The position numbers and the translations under genes are program-made. Under the pieces are notes generated by a model. That model was not told the DNA's origin and searched no databases. It saw nothing but the letters and a program-made list of their open reading frames with translations. Source: Promethearchaeota archaeon (GTDB lineage Archaea; Asgardarchaeota; Lokiarchaeia; Sigyniarchaeales; SOKP01). From it: DNA of 64,000 nt. The stretch is taken from contig JBHLME010000002.1 of assembly GCA_048938445.1 (NCBI GenBank), positions 6,662-70,661 of the forward strand. The letters run 5' to 3'. Of the stretch, positions 59,614-64,000 are shown piece by piece; the stretch's first letter is position 1, and each line of letters opens with the position of its first letter.

Positions 59614-60165
59614 ATGACTTCCAATGATATTAAAGAATTTGTATTTAAAATAACGGTCTTAGGCAATTCTGCTGTTGGAAAAACAAGTCTTATAAACCAA
59701 TATATAGAACACTCCTTTAAAGAGGATTATAAACCTACATTAGGGGCTAATATCATACGCAAGGATGTTTTTGTTGACGAGATTAATGCAAAATGCCGTT
59801 TGATACTGTGGGATTTAGCTGGGCAAGAAAAATATAACGTAATCCGCTCGATGTATTTTCAAGGTTGCGTAGGTGCATTATTAGTCTATGATATCACTCG
59901 TCATAATACTTTTAATGATATTCAAGAACGCTGGTTAAAAGATTTTAAAAAGTATGTGAAGAAAGAAGGTACATACATATTAATTGGTAATAAAATTGAT
60001 TTGGAAGATCAGAGGGTTGTTCCTAAAGAAGAGGGCAATACATTAGCAGAGGCCATTCAAGCAAGTGATTTTATTGAGACATCAGCAAAACTAAACCAAA
60101 ATGTAAACATGGCGTTTAAACACTTAGTCCATCAGATTTTAAGAAATCATGGAGAAGAAATCTGA
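59614..60165 (+). CDS. Rab-like small GTPase
   Basis: GNSAVGKT, PTLG, WDLAGQE, NKID, TSAK. Confidence 0.92.
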   Translation: MTSNDIKEFVFKITVLGNSAVGKTSLINQYIEHSFKEDYKPTLGANIIRKDVFVDEINAKCRLILWDLAGQEKYNVIRSMYFQGCVGALLVYDITRHNTFNDIQERWLKDFKKYVKKEGTYILIGNKIDLEDQRVVPKEEGNTLAEAIQASDFIETSAKLNQNVNMAFKHLVHQILRNHGEEI

Positions 60166-60243
60166 ATCTATTCATTTTACTTGTTTTTAAAGATACTCAT
60201 TAAAAACTAAATTTTTTAACTCATTAAGGTTATAATCTAAATT

Positions 60244-61395
60244 ATGAAAGAATTATCTCAAAAAGTAGTAAAAGCACCTAAATCAAAGATTAGAGAATTA
60301 TTTGATTTAGCAGCAGGTAGATCAGATTTAATAAGTCTCGGAATTGGACAACCAGACTTTAAAACTCCAAAACCTGCAATTCAAGGAACTATTAATGCAT
60401 TGAAAAGAAATATTACTACTTATGCCCCAACTCGAGGAGTTGCTGAACTATTAGAACTATTAGAGCGAAAATTAAAACGAGACAATGGTCTTAATGCAAA
60501 TTGGGAAGACAATATTATAACGTGTAATGGCGGCTCCAATGCAATTACACTAGCTTACGCAGCTCTTTTCAATCCAGGAGATGAGGTAATATTATCATCA
60601 CCAAATTTTGTATCATATTTTTACTGTGGTTCCTTTTTTGATGTAAGAGTAACTGAGGTTGAACGTAGAAATGATCTTGGACCAAATATTGAAAAAATTA
60701 AACAAGCAATAACAGAAAAAACCAAGGCTATTATAATTAATTCACCGAATAATCCAACTGGATATGCTCTAATGAAGAAGGAGTTGGAAGAAATCGCAGA
60801 TATTGCTATTGAACATGATTTATATTTGATAAGTGATGAAGTATATGAAAATTACACTTATGATGGATTAAAACATGTAAGTCCTGCTTCTTTAAATGGA
60901 ATGTTTGAGCGTACAATTACTCTAAATGCAATGTCCAAGTTATATTCTGCTACAGGATTTAGACTTGGATATGTTATTGCTCAAAAAGATGTTATCGATT
61001 TAATGGAAAAATATCTCCAATATACCGTAGCGGGCACAAACCATGCTGCGCAATATGGATTTATAGAGGCATTGAAAATGGATAATTCTTTTTTTAAAAA
61101 AATACTTGAAAGTTTTGATGAGCGTAGGAAACTAAGTTTTAACAGATTAAAATCAATGGGTTTTGAAGTACAAAAACCTAGTGGTGCTTTTTATATAATG
61201 CCTTCTGTGAAACCTTTTAACATGAATGGCTCAGAATTTTCTAAAAAAATAATTAAAGAAAAAGGTGTAGCAATTGTACCGGGTGATATTTTTGGTTCTT
61301 ATTCAGATGATAGATTAAGAATATCATATGCGACCGCAATAGAAAAATTGAAAGATGCAATGGATAGGATAGAAAGTTTCATAGAAGATTTATGA
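60244..61395 (+). CDS. PLP-dependent class I/II aminotransferase (aspartate aminotransferase-like)
   Basis: GQPDF, NSPNNPTG, SDEVY, SKLYSATGFRLGY, RISYA. Confidence 0.92.
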   Translation: MKELSQKVVKAPKSKIRELFDLAAGRSDLISLGIGQPDFKTPKPAIQGTINALKRNITTYAPTRGVAELLELLERKLKRDNGLNANWEDNIITCNGGSNAITLAYAALFNPGDEVILSSPNFVSYFYCGSFFDVRVTEVERRNDLGPNIEKIKQAITEKTKAIIINSPNNPTGYALMKKELEEIADIAIEHDLYLISDEVYENYTYDGLKHVSPASLNGMFERTITLNAMSKLYSATGFRLGYVIAQKDVIDLMEKYLQYTVAGTNHAAQYGFIEALKMDNSFFKKILESFDERRKLSFNRLKSMGFEVQKPSGAFYIMPSVKPFNMNGSEFSKKIIKEKGVAIVPGDIFGSYSDDRLRISYATAIEKLKDAMDRIESFIEDL

Positions 61396-61396
61396 T

Positions 61397-63658
61397 CTAA
61401 CGATATAAATCTTCCTTAGATTCTCTAATATTTCTAGTCCTTATTAGATCTTGCGTCATGGTATCATATTGTTCAATAATACTTTTTGGTAAAGTAGATG
61501 TTATCTTATCTAAAGCTGTTTCAAAGTGCCTGAGTTCAATTTTTTCTAATTTTTCTCTCTTTTCTCTTATTGCTTGCATGCCTGCTTCTCGACATACATT
61601 TTCTAGGTCTGCTCCACTATACCCTTCCGTGATTTGAGCTATTCTTTTCAATGAAACATCTTCAGCGAGAGGCATGTTTTTCGAGTGCACTTCAAGGATA
61701 CTAATTCTAGCGTCCAAATCAGGAGCAGTAACATATAATAACCTGTCAAATCTTCCTGGTCTTAAAAATGCAGGATCAACTATATCCGGTCTATTAGTGC
61801 TTGCTATGACTACAACACCCTTTCTATTTTCAATACCATCAATTTCTACTAGCATCTGATTAACTATTGATGCATATACTTGAGTACCTTGATAATCTCC
61901 CCTCCCAGACGTGATAGCATCAATTTCATCGAAATAAATAATTGTTGGGGCTGCTTGGCGAGCTTTTCGAAATATTTCTCTTATCGCTTTCTCACTTTCG
62001 CCAACCCATTTAGAAAAGATTTCTGGTCCTTTTATTGATATGAAATTGCTTTGACTTTCTGTTGCAACTGCCTTAGCCAGTAATGTTTTTCCGCAACCAG
62101 GAGGACCAAATAGTAAAATACCGTTAAGAGGACGAATTCCTGCCTTTTCAAACAAATCAGGATACTTCAAAGGCCATTCTACTGCTTCTTTTAATTCATC
62201 TTTTATTTCTACCAATCCTCCCACATCATCCCAAAGAACGTTCGGTATTTCAATCATGACTTCACGCATTGCAGATGGTTCTACCATGTTTATGGCATGC
62301 ATAAAATCTGCATCTTTAATTACTAATTCTTGAATGATATCGCTGGGGATTTCTTCATCTAAATTAATCTTAGGTAGAATTCTTCTTAATGAAAATATTG
62401 CAGCTTCTCTACATACAGCCATTATATCCGCTCCTACAAAACCATGGGTTATTTCCGCATAATGGTCCAGTTTAACATCAATATCAAGTGGCATGCCTCT
62501 AGTGTGAATTTGAAAAATTTCTTTTCGACCTTTAACGTTAGGAACGCCAAATTCAATTTCTCTATCAAACCTCCCAGGTCTCCTCAGAGCTTCATCTATT
62601 GAATTTACTCTATTAGTTGCACCTATGCAAATTACTTCACCTCTCCCTTGTAAACCATCCATTAAGGAAAGTAATTGAGAAACAACTCTTCTTTCGACTT
62701 CTCCAGATGCGTCTACTCTTTTAGGTGCAATAGAATCGATCTCATCGATAAAAATTATAGTTGGGGCTTCTTGTTCTGCCTCCCTGAAGATATCACGTAA
62801 TCGTCCTTCACTTGCTCCATAAAATTTACTCATTATTTCTGGACCATTAATTATTTTAAAGTTTGCATTAGATTCTTGAGAAACGGCTTTTGCCATTAAA
62901 GTTTTTCCGGTTCCTGAAGGGCCATAAAATAATACGCCTTTAGGGGGGTCAATATTTAAACGATGGAACAATTCAGGATGTTTTAAGGGTAATTCAACCA
63001 TTTCTCTAATCCTTTGGATTTCATCAGTAAGTCCTCCAACATCATCATAGGTAACTACTCCACCAGAAACATTTAAAACCGCGACTCTTTTATTTACTTT
63101 AATTTTCGTATTGCGAGTGATCTTTACAACTTTTCCCGAAGGAGAACAATTTTCAACAATAAGCCTTAATGTTCCTAATGTTGGTCTTTTTTTACTACCA
63201 GGCATTAACATTTTCATCATTCCTTCCATTGGATTATCAGAGTCGTCCTTTTGAATGAATGATCCTAATATATCTACAATATCACCAATAACAACAGGTT
63301 TATCTATAAGTTTTCCTTTAATAGCATCGGATTGTCTTTTTAAATCTATATCAGGACGAGTTGGAGTTAATACTATTTCACCAGCAGGATATACTTCCGC
63401 TTTTTTAATATTAATATATTCTCCTATTGTGGCTCCTGCGTTTAGTCTTTGCAGACCATCTAATCTAATTATTCTCTTCCCCTTATCTCCTGCACTTGCT
63501 ACCACGATTGCAGCAGTTTTTTTTTTTCCTTTGAGTTCAATGATATCTCCCGTGGAAATTCCAATTTCTTCTAATACTTGTTGATCAACATAGCATAAGG
63601 AGCGTCCACTTCGGTTTTTTTCTAACCGTTCAATTCGGAGTTTAATTTCTTCTGACAT
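61397..63658 (-). CDS. cdc48: Cdc48/VAT AAA+ ATPase
   Basis: N-domain; GPSGTGKT and GPPGCGKT Walker A; two RPGRFDR motifs; C-terminal LYR. Confidence 0.95.
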   Translation of the reverse strand: MSEEIKLRIERLEKNRSGRSLCYVDQQVLEEIGISTGDIIELKGKKKTAAIVVASAGDKGKRIIRLDGLQRLNAGATIGEYINIKKAEVYPAGEIVLTPTRPDIDLKRQSDAIKGKLIDKPVVIGDIVDILGSFIQKDDSDNPMEGMMKMLMPGSKKRPTLGTLRLIVENCSPSGKVVKITRNTKIKVNKRVAVLNVSGGVVTYDDVGGLTDEIQRIREMVELPLKHPELFHRLNIDPPKGVLFYGPSGTGKTLMAKAVSQESNANFKIINGPEIMSKFYGASEGRLRDIFREAEQEAPTIIFIDEIDSIAPKRVDASGEVERRVVSQLLSLMDGLQGRGEVICIGATNRVNSIDEALRRPGRFDREIEFGVPNVKGRKEIFQIHTRGMPLDIDVKLDHYAEITHGFVGADIMAVCREAAIFSLRRILPKINLDEEIPSDIIQELVIKDADFMHAINMVEPSAMREVMIEIPNVLWDDVGGLVEIKDELKEAVEWPLKYPDLFEKAGIRPLNGILLFGPPGCGKTLLAKAVATESQSNFISIKGPEIFSKWVGESEKAIREIFRKARQAAPTIIYFDEIDAITSGRGDYQGTQVYASIVNQMLVEIDGIENRKGVVVIASTNRPDIVDPAFLRPGRFDRLLYVTAPDLDARISILEVHSKNMPLAEDVSLKRIAQITEGYSGADLENVCREAGMQAIREKREKLEKIELRHFETALDKITSTLPKSIIEQYDTMTQDLIRTRNIRESKEDLYR

Positions 63659-63779
63659 TGTATTTTCTATAAAATAAATCTTGTTAATAAATATAATATT
63701 ATTTTAACTCATGTTATTAAAGTAATTCATACTTAATTTCTTTTTCTTTATTTTTTATAATTAAAAAATAACAAGAACC

Positions 63780-63998
63780 TTAAGTTAGTTTTTGATTTAA
63801 CGATTTTTCCATGAATTTTATGAAATTATTGGTTATTTCTGATTCAGTGAGGGATTTATCTAAATTAAGTTTTATGAAATTTTTTCTCAAATAAAGAATT
63901 TTTTCTTTTATGTAAAGATTTTTTGGATTTTTTAAAAAATTTCCAACAGTTTGTCGAGTTATATGCTCTAATCTTTCAATGTTTAAATTAGAACTCAT
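63780..63998 (-). CDS. Small hypothetical protein (may be truncated by the window edge)
   Basis: 72-aa ORF starting at the window end. Confidence 0.45.
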   Translation of the reverse strand: MSSNLNIERLEHITRQTVGNFLKNPKNLYIKEKILYLRKNFIKLNLDKSLTESEITNNFIKFMEKSLNQKLT

Positions 63999-64000
63999 AC

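Noticed and set aside
2087-63584. Numerous short ORFs antisense to or nested in long genes (e.g. 2087, 3097, 7892, 12414, 17191, 40798, 48480, 63255)
   Set aside because: They lie fully within well-supported genes and have no recognisable motifs.
1-64000. Selenoprotein/UGA readthrough, tRNA genes, prophage or defence islands
   Set aside because: TGA-ending ORFs look complete; no cloverleaf, cas, capsid or transposase signatures were seen by eye.

Overview
Very AT-rich, gene-dense archaeal chromosome segment. Its content (five Rab-like small GTPases, several longin/roadblock-type proteins, ribosomal protein eL22, aIF-1A, aIF-2gamma, Spt5, TFS, form III RuBisCO, Cdc48) points to an Asgard archaeon, most likely Lokiarchaeia. 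It holds about 55 CDS, mostly housekeeping, metabolic, transport and eukaryotic-signature genes. I found no CRISPR array, tRNA or intact mobile element. The standout is at 19981-20099 (- strand): a complete but circularly permuted 5S rRNA gene. The canonical 3' half comes first, and a UACG tetraloop closes helix I and links it to the 5' half. Complementary flanks (19951-20146) form a bulge-helix-bulge-like motif; cleavage and ligation there would exactly restore the conserved GAACUCAGAAGUUAA junction, predicting a covalently closed 119-nt circular 5S rRNA. Other candidates: an unexplained 119-nt structured RNA (52065-52183), a 35-aa tandem-repeat protein, a Rab/PPC/Rab/V4R/Rab cluster, a 7TM-longin fusion, an HhH-aIF2gamma fusion and a probable ATT start codon. 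All calls come from reading motifs by eye; no searches were run.
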